64,000 bases of DNA. It comes from Veleropilina oligotropha (Eukaryota). Position numbers and translations under genes: made by a program. Below are positions 1-14,308 of this stretch, piece after piece. The stretch covers positions 1 through 64,000 of the forward strand of contig JBEUKZ010000036.1 in NCBI GenBank assembly GCA_048128005.1. Reading direction: 5' to 3'. How positions within the stretch are numbered: position 1 is the first letter of the stretch; every line of letters starts with the position of its first letter. Below the pieces are notes generated by a model that had not been told where the DNA came from, did not search any database, and saw nothing but the letters and a program-made list of their open reading frames with translations.

Positions 1-1286
<1,286 letters not shown>

Positions 1287-1552
1287 TATGAGATTACACG
1301 GAAATACAAAAAATGATTATGTTGTATTTGGTGAAGATCATCATGATGTGTTTTTCACAATATGACAATCCTGTCATTTTCCGAGTATGTGTGATAAATG
1401 ACCAAATTTTCAGATGCATGCATTCATAGTCCGCAAGGAGCAACAGCCTGACATCTTGGGATGTTTGTTTTTTTGACAATGTTACGCAATGCGACAGACG
1501 ACAGAATTACTTTGATAAGACAATCAGAGAGTCAGGTGTAATCGATATAACA

Positions 1553-1611
1553 CAGCCAATCACAAACAAGGCAAAGCACCAATGTTCCGATTGGCATTCT
1601 GCAGATAAATA
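1553..1611 (+). promoter_or_regulatory. Putative promoter of the homeobox gene (CCAAT boxes, weak TATA-like GATAAATA)
   Basis: AGCCAATCA (~1554), ACCAATG (~1578), inverted ATTGG (~1590) and GATAAATA (~1603), just upstream of ATG 1629. Confidence 0.35.
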
Positions 1612-1628
1612 TCGGTTTTGATGCATGT

Positions 1629-4600
1629 ATGTCCCTTTCAATCTTTCAACGTACACCACAATATACCAGCGAATTCCACAGCATGAACCCGATCAGACAA
1701 AGAAAATATTCCATTTCTGATATTCTCGGAATGACAGGTATGCTAAGTCGGCAGAATCATTGTTACTTTTTTAAAGTTCCGTCCGCAATTGCACTAGATT
1801 TTCGCATATGTGGTTAGAAACTTGCACAGACTGCCAGACTCACTTTTTGCATTTGATCTTTTGTTTTCAAAAGAAAATGCTCTGTAATCAGAACCGTACC
1901 CAGTACTCAGGGGTAGTAGCTAAAACTATATTTATACAACTCTATCACAGAGCATCGAAGGCATGAAATACGGAACGCGCATGCTCTATGCCAGTTAATT
2001 TTTTTGTTTTGGAGCATGCCATTTGGTGGTGCCTTTTTCCGCGTTCTAAAAAATTTTCTTACCTAATAAAACAATAATTGGTCTTTGAGACATTTTTGTT
2101 TGTCAATAATAATAATACTTTGTCAATATTCTAAAACATGAACATGCACTTGCTTATCGTCTCTAGTTTGTCATTTAGCATCTTTAATATTGCTACGATT
2201 TTATTTTTAACAGTACGCTTTGAAATCCCAAGGGGCGCCCCCCCCCCCCCACACACACACCTCGCCGGTTATGGTCCTGGTAAAAATATCAGCAAAACAA
2301 TGGAGAAGTCTGTTACAGCATTATAAATTTAAGAATTCCTGTAAAAGAACATGACATATGTCGATATATTGTGGTGATTGTGAACATAATTAAACTGTGT
2401 TGTGCGTAACGACATGCTGAGACACGTGTTTAAAAAACGCTCGATTGCCGTTTAAAAGCATAACAACATTATCCTACCATAATTGCGTCCATCAATGGTC
2501 ACTAAACATCATTATTTGATGGGAAAATTAAATGATGTTTACTAACTACGACAGCATCGATTGCGACTTTTTCTGTATCCCAGAGTGGTAAACATCGGAC
2601 TCCCCTCCCAAAACACGAAAAACGACGGATAACAGTTACACACTTCACGTGTTCATTCCACAGTGACAAGAAATATAAATAGTACAGAATAAGTCCATTG
2701 TAGTGATATTAGGTGTTGTTATCCGATACCATTGACTGTAACCTAGTGACATTGGGTGTTGTTATCAGATACCATTGACTGTAGCCTAGTGATGTTGTGT
2801 GTTGTTATCAGATACCATTGACTGTAGCCTAGTGATATTGAGTGTTGTTATCATATACCATTGACTGTAGCCTAGTGATGTTGTGTGTTGTTATCAGATA
2901 CCATTGACTGTAGCCTAGTGATATTGAGTGTTGTTATCATATACCATTGACTGTAGCCTAGTGATGTTGGGTGTTATTATCAGATACCGGGAAGTTATCT
3001 GTATTACTATGATAGCTATAGATAGAGTGGACGGTAAAACTGCCTAACCGCCAGATCTTCGGGCATATAATCATTATCGGTGTGACGGTGCCATTTTCAC
3101 ATATACTAGGTGACGACAATGCCCCTGTCATACCAGCAGGAACTTTTTGTTGAACATTCTCTCCAGTGCAAGATTCAACAACTGCAATAGAAACACCTAA
3201 AGAGGAGTACTGCTTGTTCACTTGACATAGTTTCTGTTAATAAATTTACAATATATCGGGGTCTTATCGTTCTTTTATAGCAATTGAAAATAATAGTAAC
3301 AAGACAATCCGAGATTGCAAATCTTCGCTCCGGTGGCAAGGAATGGTGAAAGCTAGTTAAATATCATTTGATGTCAATGTATTCATTATGTGTCTTAGAT
3401 TTGTGTTGAAAAGGCCTAGATGTGCCTTGACTCACTAAATCGAAATTACTGAAACCAGATCGGATGACATTCATTTATCACATAAATATGAATACAAATT
3501 TTCTTGTCACATCCTTCCTTATTTTATCCTTAAATATCATGTTCAATATGGTATCATTTGCAAATTTTTTGTGTATTTTATTATTTTTATTATAGCACCT
3601 ATTATTATTATTGTCATATTAAGCTTAATACGGTCAATATATAGGGTGTCTTCGCCGTATGGAACAGTCATTATTGACTCCGGAGACATCCTTCCTAACT
3701 ATGGCGTTACAATATTATTTATATAATTATTTACTGTAAACATTACGCTATTGTAACTTCATATGAAGGGAAATAAACATCATCATCACTCAGTTACTGT
3801 GGGCAGAGCGAGGTCAGCGCAAATGACCCTTAAGGGCAGAACACATGTACCGCGCACGTCTCGCGTACGTCGCGCGCACGTTAATTTGGCGCGCACGTTC
3901 AAGCGTCAAAGCCGAACACATGTGCTACGCACGTCACGCGCACGTCAAGCGCAAATAATAGTAAATTGTACCTTATCCAATAAATGATTTCGTTTCTTCA
4001 GCCAATTATTTTGTCTCTTTCATTACCTTATATTTGAAATAAATGGCCTTTAATTTGGTTGCTTTTTTAAGGTTTTAACTGTCATATTTTTGAAGATATC
4101 GCAAATCAGAAATCGGTGCAATTTTTTTTTGGGGGGGATCACCCTGTACATGGCATGCTATTGAATAATTAAAAATTCGATAAATTATACGTGTAGCCTA
4201 CCTTCGAATCCAATTATTTTGTCGATTTCCTGGTATGCGTTTGCTAGCTGTTGAGCATCGCGATGAGCTGGGTCTGTGACGTCGTATACAAATGTATATT
4301 TATTAACTTCATTAATCAACCTTTCATCGTCTTCATTAGTATTAGTCGCCTTTTTCTTTGACCCTTTCTGTATCTGTCTGTATATCTGTATATGTTACGC
4401 TGCTAGAATCCAAAACTGGTATAGTTGCAGCGGGAAGAGATTGTGCTTATGATGTTAGTTACGCTGTGATTCGAGGGACATTTTGAAAGCTTCAACACTT
4501 TCGCAGTTCACAGATGAGGATGGAAGATGGTTCCAGTCAGCGACTGTTCTGACGAAGAACGAGTTTTTATACTGATCGCTGTTGGCTGTTGGTATTTGGA

Positions 4601-7600
4601 ATCCTTTGGAGTGTTGACATGCAAATCGATCAACAACATTTGTAGCGTGAAAGTCTGTGAATGGTTTTGGTTTAATGTTGCGGCCTGCTTTTCTGGGCTG
4701 CAAGTATTGATTATGTGATATGGCTGGCACTAGTCCATTGGTGATTTTATATAGATAGGTGAGTCGGGAGTTCTGGCGTCGGTCGCGAAGAGGAGAGAGT
4801 TGTAGTGTGTGTAGTGTAGATGTAATGAATCCACTGTCACGAGATTTGTAGTCTCCGGTGATGAATCTAGCTGCACGGTGCTGGATTTGCTGTAGGGGGG
4901 CAATGTCACCCTGTTGGTATGGGTCCCATACAATTGCACCATATTCCATCAAGGGTCGTACTAGGGATATGTATGCAGTCCTCTTGTTTAGCTGTGAGCA
5001 GTTACGAAGGTTCCTCCTCAGGAAGCCTAGGGTGGAATTGGCCTTCTTTGTGGTTTTCGCAATATGCCTACCCCATTTAAGATAATCGGAGATGGTGATG
5101 CCCAAATAAGGGGTAGAGTCGACCTGCTGTAGAGTCGACATTTTGTTTCAGAAATACCGCGTGTTGTCTGTGCGAAGCGTGGTGGAAGCCCTTACGATTT
5201 TAACATAAATTAAAGCTGCGAGCAGCTGTGAGGGCTTCAATCAGATAAACGAAATAAAAAAAAGACGTAAAATACAAAAAAATAAAAAAGTTTAATTTAA
5301 AAAAAAAAAAAATTACAAAAAAATACTAAATTTAAAAAAATATTTTTTATATTTTAAGATTCACGGAAAGTGCTAGGGGGGGGGGCGGAAAATTTTGAAA
5401 CCTAGATGCTATGAAATGCTGTTTCCGGCGTTATCAGGCTTCTAATTCATGTGACAATTAAGCAAAAAATTATGCAAAATAGATTCCATTTTTGTTAATT
5501 TGAATTTAAATTAAATAATCAGTTGTCATAAATAATCAGTGTCCAGTGGTGAGGTACTCCATCGCTCAGACTGAGGTCGTGCATAATTAAGACCATTTTT
5601 CTTTATTATTGATGTGGTAATTATTAAACGCAACGACCTGTACGGCATCTTAGGTAGCTTACATGCAGACTGTGTGATTAATTGTCAGTACAATAGATGT
5701 TCATGACGCACACACGAACGAGCGCCGAATGCGCCAGGGCGTACCTCCACGGAAAAGTTTTTAAATCTATAATCTCTGTAGCGTTATTGCCAATATTTTC
5801 AGGAATAAATTCATTTTCCAAAATTTATAAATAGTCATCTTGCAAACGATTGTCATCAATGATCATAATGCATAATATTGTGTCAAGTACATACAATTGT
5901 TATAGTGCATTAATTGTAAATGCCGCTTTACTCGTGGCACACGGGGCATGCTCGGCCAACTCGGAGCGCGCCCTGGGCATAACAAAATTGTCCAGAGCTC
6001 AGCTCTAGCGCGTCGCTTTCCGTTTGCGTCCATAGTTCAGCTCTAGCGCGTCCCATGTTAGAAGTGTCCCTACCGGGTAATTTGTGGCGCACTTGGAGTA
6101 CACTGTGTACACTTCTCGGTGAACATGGCCTGCACTCCGCGTACCCATAGATCACCCCTAATGCACCCTGGATGGACTTGACAAAACTATTCGTTCATAG
6201 CGGTGTATTTTACATGCGTTAATATGTTGGTAAAATATTGATAATCGATTATTCGCGAACACTTCGATAATTGACTTCATTCATTCGCTGTTATTTTCGA
6301 TAAATGCAGGTTATATTAAAATGGGATAGGCCGCATAGACACCTGTCGCACATAATATGTTGCCCACAAAATCTGCCACAGCGGACATCGCTGACTAGAT
6401 CGTATGCGGCGACAGTCTTGAGTGCCTGTTTGAAATTGTTGATTTGATTGAAATACATGAAATACAACTGGACTGACCAACAGAATATCAATGTTTTCAC
6501 CATATATTAACAGTTACTGAATCATGTAGCCTTCTGTTGGCTAAATGTTTACTTAAGCCTGATAGCAGAACTTCTCAAGGGCCTTGCTGTCCACTGGACA
6601 GGGTTGGCGCGCGGCTTTATGACACCTCAAAGAGACAGGCTCATAAACTGCCTACTTCATCTGATAAGGCAATTAGCACTGAGCTGGTCGCGCCGAAATG
6701 AGACGAGGAATTAAAATAGTATTTTTTAAACAATGAAAGTACTTATTGTATTCTTGTCACAATTCTCTAATATAACGATCTTTATATAGTATATTTTATG
6801 CGAAAATCTGGAAGAAAAAGGACGATTTTTAGAGGCGCTATGAAGCAATATCCATCTAAAAAAACTAAGTCTAATAACTCTCAAGCAACTCATTTTAGCG
6901 ATGTATTCTATAGATATTACATTAGATATTTTCGATACGAATAAAATGAATTGCGTCACGTTTCATATAAATGAAAATTAAAGAAGTTTCAGTCAATTTA
7001 ATTTTGAAATTTAATTTCTTCATAACTCCTTTTTAATTTGTCTCACAAAGTATTCCATTAGAACAACATGTACCGATATAATGCTTTGTCAAAACTACCA
7101 AGTGTCGATAAGATCACGCTACTCAGTTCTGAGAAAAGCGCATTTTAATGTTTTCAAAAAATCAAAGATTGCGACGAAACCATGGCATTTATTGGCTAAA
7201 ATTTTGCGGCAAACATTACTTGATATCGATGCGCACTCACCCTGGAAGATTGGAAAGATTTCGTGGAGTGCATTGAAAGATACTGCAGAAATGAAAAATT
7301 GAAAAAACTTCAAAATTTTGTCAAGATTAGGACGCCCGTAGCGATCTTAGCATTGAAAAAATGAAAATTTCATTTCCAAGAGATTGTTGTCTCAATAGTC
7401 TAGATCATGCCTTTGAAGATTTTGTCTCGATCTCGAAAGCCGTGTAAGACTTATATCGTTTTTGAAAAGAGGTCATTTTTTTACAAAATTGAAGATTACG
7501 ACCAAAGCATAAAATCCCGAAACTTGAAAATAGAACGAGGCAATGCTTCAATGATGTGCCCAACCACACATGAATTTTGACTGCAGAAATGAAAAATTGA

Positions 7601-10600
7601 AAAAACTTCAAATTTTGTCAAGATTAGGACGCCCGTAGCGATCTTAGCATTGAAAAAATGAAAATTTCATTTCCAAGAGATTGTTGTCTCAATAGTCTAG
7701 ATCATGCCTTTGAAGATTTTGTCTCGATCTCGAAAGCCGTGTAAGACTTATATCGTTTTTGAAAAGAGGTCATTTTTTACAAAATTGAAGATTACGACCA
7801 AAGCATAAAATCCCGAAACTTGAAAATGGAACGAGGCAATGCTTCAATGATGTGCCCAAGCACACATGAATTTTGACTGCAGAAATGAAAAATTGAAAAA
7901 ACTTCAAAATTTTGTCAAGATTAGGACGCCCGTAGCGATCTTAGCATTGAAAAAATGAAAATTACATTTCCAAGAGATTGTTGTCTCAATAGTCTAGATC
8001 ATGCCTTTGAAGATTTTGTCTCGATCTCGAAAGCCGTGTAAGACTTATATCGTTTTTGAAAAGAGGTCATTTTTTTACAAAATTGAAGATTACGACCAAA
8101 GCGTAAAATCCCGAAACTTGAAAATAGAACGAGGCAATGCTTCAATGATGTGCCCAAGCACACATGAATTTTGACTGCAGAAATGAAAAATTGAAAAAAC
8201 TTCAAAATTTTGTCAAGATTAGGACGCCCGTAGCGATCTTAGCATTGAAAAAATGAAAATTTCATTTCCAAGAGATTGTTGTCTCAATAGTCTAGATCAT
8301 GCCTTTGAAGATTTTGTCTCGATCTCGAAAGCCTGTAAGACTTATATCGTTTTTGAAAAGAGGTCATTTTTTTACAAAATTGAAGATTACGACCAAAGCA
8401 TAAAATCCCGAAACTTGAAAATAGAACGAGGCAATGCTTCAATGATGTGCCCAAGCACACATGAATTTTGAAAGCTGTAGCTATAGCCGTTTTCGCGCTA
8501 AAGTGCCCACAAAAAAACGTCAGAATAAGAACAAGATATAGCCATTTTTAAATTGATTTCAGTATGGCCGCCGGTTAAATTAAAAATTCAAAAATCCACT
8601 CTCAAGACATTTTTGACAAGCGACTCTGGCATCCGAATATACTAATCATGTCCCGCTAGGTTAAATATTAACAAAGTTATAAAAGAAGCTAGTTTATGAC
8701 GTAATTCAAGATGGCCGCCAGACTACTAGCGCCATAAACTTGAAAATAGAACGAGGCAATGCTTCAATGGTGTGCCCAAGCACACATGAATTTTGAAAGC
8801 TGTAGCTATAGCCGTTTTCGCGTTAAAGTGCCCACAAAAACCGTCAGAATAAGAGACGTAATTCAAGATGGCCGCCAGACTACTAGCGCCATGAAACTTG
8901 AAAATAGAACGAGGCAATGCTTCAATGATGTACCCAAGCACACATGAATTTTGAAAGCTGTAGCTATAGCCGTTTTCGCGCTAAAGTGCCCACAAAAAAA
9001 CGTCAGAATAAGAATAATAACCGGTACAATTTCAATAGGGCTTCAAGCTTGAAAGAGCTTGAAGCCCTAATAACCGGTACAATTTCAATAGGGCTTCAAG
9101 CTTGAAAGAGCTTGAAGCCCTAATTACGTCATTACAGGGAATCCTCTATGCGCAAATAAATCTCGCGCGCAGGAAAAGGTACCGGTAGCATTTCTGACGG
9201 ACGGACGAAATTGTAGCTTGACGTGCGCGACTCATGTGTTCGGACATACATAAAAGCACTAGTACCTTTTCTTGCGCGTGAACGTGCGCGTGACGTGCGC
9301 GACTCATGTGTTCTGCCCTTTACTTGTCAGACTGACAGCCATGTAAACAGAGTGTAATTTGATAATTTCAGATTAGCAACAGTAATACAGAGAAGACATT
9401 TTAAGATTACGAAAATGCGTCATAACATCCGGATCCGCTTTCCGATTCGGATCATCTTTGATGAGAACCGAGTCCAGGGTGGGCCCTATCTCGTGTCAAA
9501 AAATAAGTAAATCGGATCAATGGTTGTTTAGATATGCTCGCGGACAGACAATCCGAAAACCGGAAATTGCATCATAAAATCCGGATCCGCTTTCCGATTC
9601 GGAAAATCCTTTAGGAGGAAGGACCTAGTTTCACCTGTCTCGTGTCAAAAAATGAGTAATCAGATCAATGGTTGTTAAGATAGACTCGCGGACAGACCGG
9701 CACACGGACAAACCGACCCAATTGCAATACCTTCTCCCACCACTATGTGGGCGACGGTAACATGAATACTGCTTACTTGCAATCGTGCTTCACTGACGCC
9801 GATATCAAAGGCTAGCTGATCTCTTGTGGTTACATCGGTTGTCGAGGTATGCTCGCGGACAGACAGACACAGACAAACCGACCCGATTGCAATACCTTCT
9901 CCCACCACTACGTGGACGACGGTAATAACATGGTTTTGGTAGATGTCGTGCTTTCTGTTGTCCCTTTATGAAGATTATCGGCTCTCCAGTCAAGGCCGTG
10001 GTCGATAATCATATATATACATTATAAAACAGCACAACGCCCTTCAAAACAATGTTATTGTTACATTATTGTAATATAACGGGGCGTTACTTGTAGGATA
10101 GTATTAGTTCGAGCTAGAGTGGACGGTGTAACGGCCTAACACGTTTTGTCACGTGACGGGTGCTCATGTTACGGCGCCTTTTGCACACATACTAGCAGAC
10201 GACAGTGCCCATGTCATACCAGCAGAAAAGCCTTGTGATACTTTCTCTCTAATGCAACATTCAAAAACTCCACCGCAAACATTCAACTTCAAACGTATAA
10301 CTGTTTGTTCACTTGACATGGTTTTTCTTAATAAATTGACAGCATATTGGCGGCTGATCGTTCTGCTGTAGAATCTATAATAATAGTAATAACATGTTTT
10401 GTGCGGCGTCGTATTTTTTTATACCAGCCCTCCAGTCAAGACTGTCGGGCCGATAATCATTTCATGTCGGACCAATAAAACAGCAAAAGGCCCTTAAAAA
10501 CCAGGTTAATTATTGTTATATTATATCATGCATCTGGAAATTCAAACAAACATTACAATCGAACAATTAAAGCAAAAGGTTAACTATTTTACTATAACTG

Positions 10601-13583
10601 ACGTCGTTTCTTTCCCCAATGAAAGTCAGTCCACTTCATCACACATTTTGGCGCCGAAACACGATTTGCATACCAACTATTCACTTGTTTTGTGCAGGAT
10701 TTCAAATTTGCAATTTAAGTATTTAACAATCAAGTTATACGCAATTTACCATGTTTCCGTGTTTTAGGAATAGGTAGACAACATAGTTACCGGTGTACAT
10801 TTTTCGCGCTCATTTTCGAAAACCATATATTTTTGCACTTCGATAAAAATAAGTGGAAGGGATGTCTATATGGTTGAAATGATGTTTCCAGTTGTAATAA
10901 ACGTCTTGTTGACAAAACGTTTTTAAGGATGCAACTTTTGTATGATAATCATATGCAACCACATGTTGATGCAATAAACATATTGATCGTTTCATTTTCG
11001 TCTGCTACAGGTGTGAACAAGCAGCTCACGTGCCCTTCTAGAATTCGACCCAGGCGAACTAGAACTATCTTCTCCGATTATGCTCTGACGAAACTGGAAA
11101 CAACATTTGCTGTGACACAGTACCCGGATGTAACCACCAGAGATCAGCTAGCCTTTGATATCGGCGTCAGTGAAGCACGAGTGCAAGTAAGCAGTATTCA
11201 TGTTACGTCGCCCACGTAGTGGTGGGAGAAGGTATTGCAATTGGGTCGGTTTGTCCGTGTGCCGGTCTGTCCGCGAGTCTATCTTAACAACCATTGATCT
11301 GATTTACTCATTTTTTGACACCAGACAGGTTCCACCCTAGGTCCTTCCTCCTAAAGGATTTAGGAATCGGAAAGCGGATCCGGATTTTATTACGCAATTT
11401 CCGGTTGTCGGATTGTCTGTCCGCGAGCATATCTAAGCAACCATGCATTGATCCGATTTACTCATTTTTTGACACGAGATGATTAATTTCTCAACAACCA
11501 TCGATCCGATTTACTCAATATTTTGACACGATATATGGTCCATCCTAGGCTCGGTCCTCCTCAAAGATGATCCGAAACGAACATTGGATTAGGATTTTAT
11601 GACGCAAATTCTGGTTTGCGAATTTCCGGCTCTAGCTCTTTAATTATAGGAACGCTTCGCCTTACGCACTTCAAATCAGGCTCAAAATATTATTTAACTG
11701 TTTGTCGCCGATAATTCCAACTTTCACTATCGCATTCCTTGGCACTGGAGCGAAGGTTCGCAATCTCGGATTGCCTTGTTGTTTGGTTGAAATTTACACA
11801 TTTTTTTGCAACCTAGTCCATTCGTCGGTTTCTACGCAACTGGTAGTTACCAGCGTGGAACAAGATCAATGTGCTGGATAGTATGCAGGGGCAGTGAAGC
11901 TATAGCATCTTTCAACCAAAACTACATTGCAACACCAAATTTTCCACCGTATGACTGTATTTCCATGAGCAACATGATGCGAAAATGGTACACATATGAT
12001 TACTTGTCCAGAACGAGTGCCTTACGCTGCCATTGATATAAATCGAAATGGTCATTACGCAATGAATGTTCAGATGATGTGTGATGATAAGATCATTATT
12101 TCGGTATACTATTGTTCGGTGGCAACATTCGACTCATAACAGTAGCATGTTTCAGAATAGTACACAGAGACTGTCTAGACGCGTGGAGAGTTTGATATAT
12201 CTCTACGATGACAGACGATACTGACCACAAGCGAACAAGCAACATTATTGAAATGGTATTCGGCCTTTCCCAAATAAGACTCCCATGGATCAGATTGGCT
12301 TCTAGATTACGATGCCATCTTAAATCTATAAATGTTGAGATCGATTCTCAATGTATAATCCATAATATCAAAAGAGACACTCAATGATGTCGGTCCGTCA
12401 CATTTTAGACATTTAATTACATCACTCTCCGAACAGTATTTTCAAATTATTCTACATGATCGAGAGACACTACTATTACGTAATCCTTTTTTACCCCAAT
12501 GCGATAAGTCGCATTCCAATAATTCTATTGTTCTCGTTAATTACCCGATGCACAAGGTCTATATTGCATTGGATTACGTCTTTGACTGGGTTTCACAATT
12601 TGTAAACATGGCTGGTGAAATGCAAATTGTGTGTAAATTTGAACTCAGTCTAAGAAGACTTGGTCTAAGGATGAATTAAGGCACGTCTAATTTGGACTTG
12701 ATTGGTCCAATCGGCTGATATTGTCCCTAACGTTTAGCTGGTGTAGGGAATTGCCCTCATAGGTCAGCTGTCTTGATATGACCATGAAGGGTGTCAACGT
12801 GAGACATTAATCAACGTCCACACCAAACTTAGCTAGTTCCAAACAAGCTTGACTTTGTCAATATTCAACAAAGCAGCATATAAAAAGTAACGCTTGGATG
12901 ATATTAAACTCTCCAGTCACTATATGTCATTGTGACAGTCAATATTATATTCTTAACATTTCTAGGTATGGTTCCAGAACCGAAGATCAAGAATGCGAAA
13001 GGGGAAGCAACCCATGAAGCCAACATCTGAAAAAGTAAACACTATCTCTGATTCACTGCCCCAAAAAGCAAATACGGGCATGAGTAGAAGCCGTAAAAAC
13101 GAGCCGACAACTACAGTTCAGACCCAACACACCGCTGTTTCAAGGCAACAAAATGCTACTCTTCAAGGAGTAGAATTAAAGAGCGCCACGCCATGTTTGT
13201 CTTCGGAAGACTATCGACACCATCGATCAGAATCAAATGTAGCGATGAATGATTATGGGTATCGCCACCCATATTATTACCCGCTGCAGCATCAGCTGAA
13301 TATGGGATCTCCGTACCCAGCGGCGATGGGTCTTCCACTGTCTCCGTTATGGTCGCCCGGGATCAGCCCCACTTTCGGTCGTTTCTTCAACTATCCCACA
13401 TTCCATCAAACGGTGCCTACATACGCTATTGAAAACTTCTCCCAACAGAAAGACACGGTGCGCATGACAGAATCTACGTGTTCAGCGGGTTGTTCCTTGA
13501 ATGATCTCGCGCAATGTGAAGATCGTACACTGGACAATGACTCCATGTCAGGTTGTGCGATTTCTTCATCATCGCTTTCGTAA
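1629..13583 (+). CDS. PRD-class (Q50) homeodomain transcription factor, 3 exons: 1629-1737, 11011-11186, 12966-13583 (~300 aa)
   Basis: Exons 2+3 give PRRTRTIFSDYALTKLETTFAVTQYPDVTTRDQLAFDIGVSEARVQ|VWFQNRRSRMRK, with the PRD-typical intron between homeodomain residues 46/47 (GTAAGC..TCTAG). Exon 1 carries eh1-like YSISDIL and ends G|GTATGC (phase 1), matching the phase-1 acceptor at 11010. Exon 1 linkage is inferred; exons 2-3 are firm. Confidence 0.85.
2708..2990. repeat. 43-bp minisatellite, ~6.5 copies
   Basis: Unit GATACCATTGACTGTAGCCTAGTGATGTTGTGTGTTGTTATCA recurs at 43-bp spacing (2725, 2768, ...). Confidence 0.95.
4455..5141 (-). pseudogene. 5'-truncated non-LTR retrotransposon (LINE, CR1/L2-like) ORF2 C-terminal fragment
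   Basis: YLGITIS..LKW..HI..KKAN..LGFLRRNL..AYISLVRPLMEY..VWDP..Q.RAARFI..NSFF.RT..DWN.LP is the post-RT thumb/C-terminal region of LINE ORF2. It is followed by a simple-repeat tail. Confidence 0.85.
5210..9124 (+). mobile_element. Helentron-type non-autonomous element (HINE/DINE-like) carrying internal tandem repeats
   Basis: Start TTAAAGCTGCGAGCAGC..GGGCTTCAA. End is a tandemly duplicated hairpin AATAGGGCTTCAAGCTTGAAAGAGCTTGAAGCCCTAAT (9034-9124) sharing the GGGCTTCAA subterminal repeat. Confidence 0.5.
7282..8471. repeat. ~297-bp tandem repeat, 4 near-identical copies, plus partial ~180-bp units to ~9015
   Basis: Unit starts ACTGCAGAAATG at 7282, 7580, 7876 and 8174. Confidence 0.95.
9410..9928 (-). 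mobile_element. Chimeric HINE-like copy containing an inverted 60-bp homeobox exon fragment (9836-9777)
   Basis: Reverse complement matches 11127-~11610 (DVTTRDQLAFDIGVSEARLQ, the splice donor and the intronic element). It is preceded by a second element head TTATTACCGTCGTCCACGTAGTGGTGGGAGAAGG. Confidence 0.8.
11200..11780 (+). mobile_element. HINE-like non-autonomous element in homeobox intron 2
   Basis: Head TTACGTCGCCCACGTAGTGGTGGGAGAAGGTATTGCAAT followed by a GTCT-rich tract. The end GGAGCGAAGGTTCGCAATCTCGGATTGCCTTGTT also occurs at ~3298-3345 (inverted) and ~35180-35208. Confidence 0.55.
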
Positions 13584-14052
13584 GTGAGCATTCGTTATTG
13601 GTAAATACTATGAACAATTATTGGTGCTGACCTTTTCTTTCTTTGAACTTACCCTACTTCGTCACATGTCATGCATGCATATAAATAATGAATGCATGAA
13701 CAGGGAGCGAAACATCGGCATTTCGCGATGACCTTCATGTGTCCTCCATGCACTCCACTATACCTATCTCTATAACATAGGTGTTCTCGACATGTTTCAT
13801 TATATTTATGATTAGATTAGTATTACTATAAGAACAAGTATATTTGATTACAATAAATCGAGTTTTTGTTATCTGCTGTTTTCGTTGCTAATATATATAT
13901 GTGTGTGCGTGTGCGTGCGCGTGCGCTTAATGTCACCTGGCGTCAACCGGTGGCCGAGTTGGATTAAAGTGTTTCAATTCGTATTAATTGCATCGACTTT
14001 GCTCAAATGAGTGCGAATCATGAGCCATCTTTTGAAAAAGGAAAAGCAAGGA

Positions 14053-14308
14053 TCGATGCTTAATGTCCTGTATATTTCCAACCATCATTGTTAAAAGAAG
14101 GACATGTCTATATTTACGCGAGAGGAAAATCCGGTCGCCCGGGAAAACCCGCTCTCTCCGACCAGTTACGGACAACTGTGATTCATAACTTGAACAAATG
14201 TGTGATGTCCCTGCCGAGGTTTGAGCCCACTACTGTTCGCGTCAGCGGAATCAAGTCAGTGATTTTCGGAGTCCACAACCTAAACCACGCGACTGTCGAA
14301 GTGTCCAG
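14053..14308 (-). mobile_element. tRNA-derived SINE
   Basis: Minus-strand head with A/B-box-like motifs (GTGGTTTAGG..GGGCTCAAACC). Aligns over its length with the copy at 33053-33278. Confidence 0.7.

Larger units (their letters stand above)
3833..9319. mobile_element. Non-autonomous PIF/Harbinger-like DNA element with nested insertions
   Basis: TIR AGGGCAGAACACATG / CATGTGTTCTGCCCT, flanked by TTA on both sides. Subterminal CGCGCACGTC-type repeats at both ends. Confidence 0.6.

Noticed and set aside
2708..2990. Regularly spaced repeats resembling a CRISPR array
   Set aside because: Units are contiguous with no unique spacers, the context is eukaryotic and there are no cas genes; it is a minisatellite.
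13940..13985. tRNA-like A-box start; similar GGTTCGAAC motifs near 48900 and 59000
   Set aside because: No complete cloverleaf; these are probably SINE remnants rather than tRNA genes.
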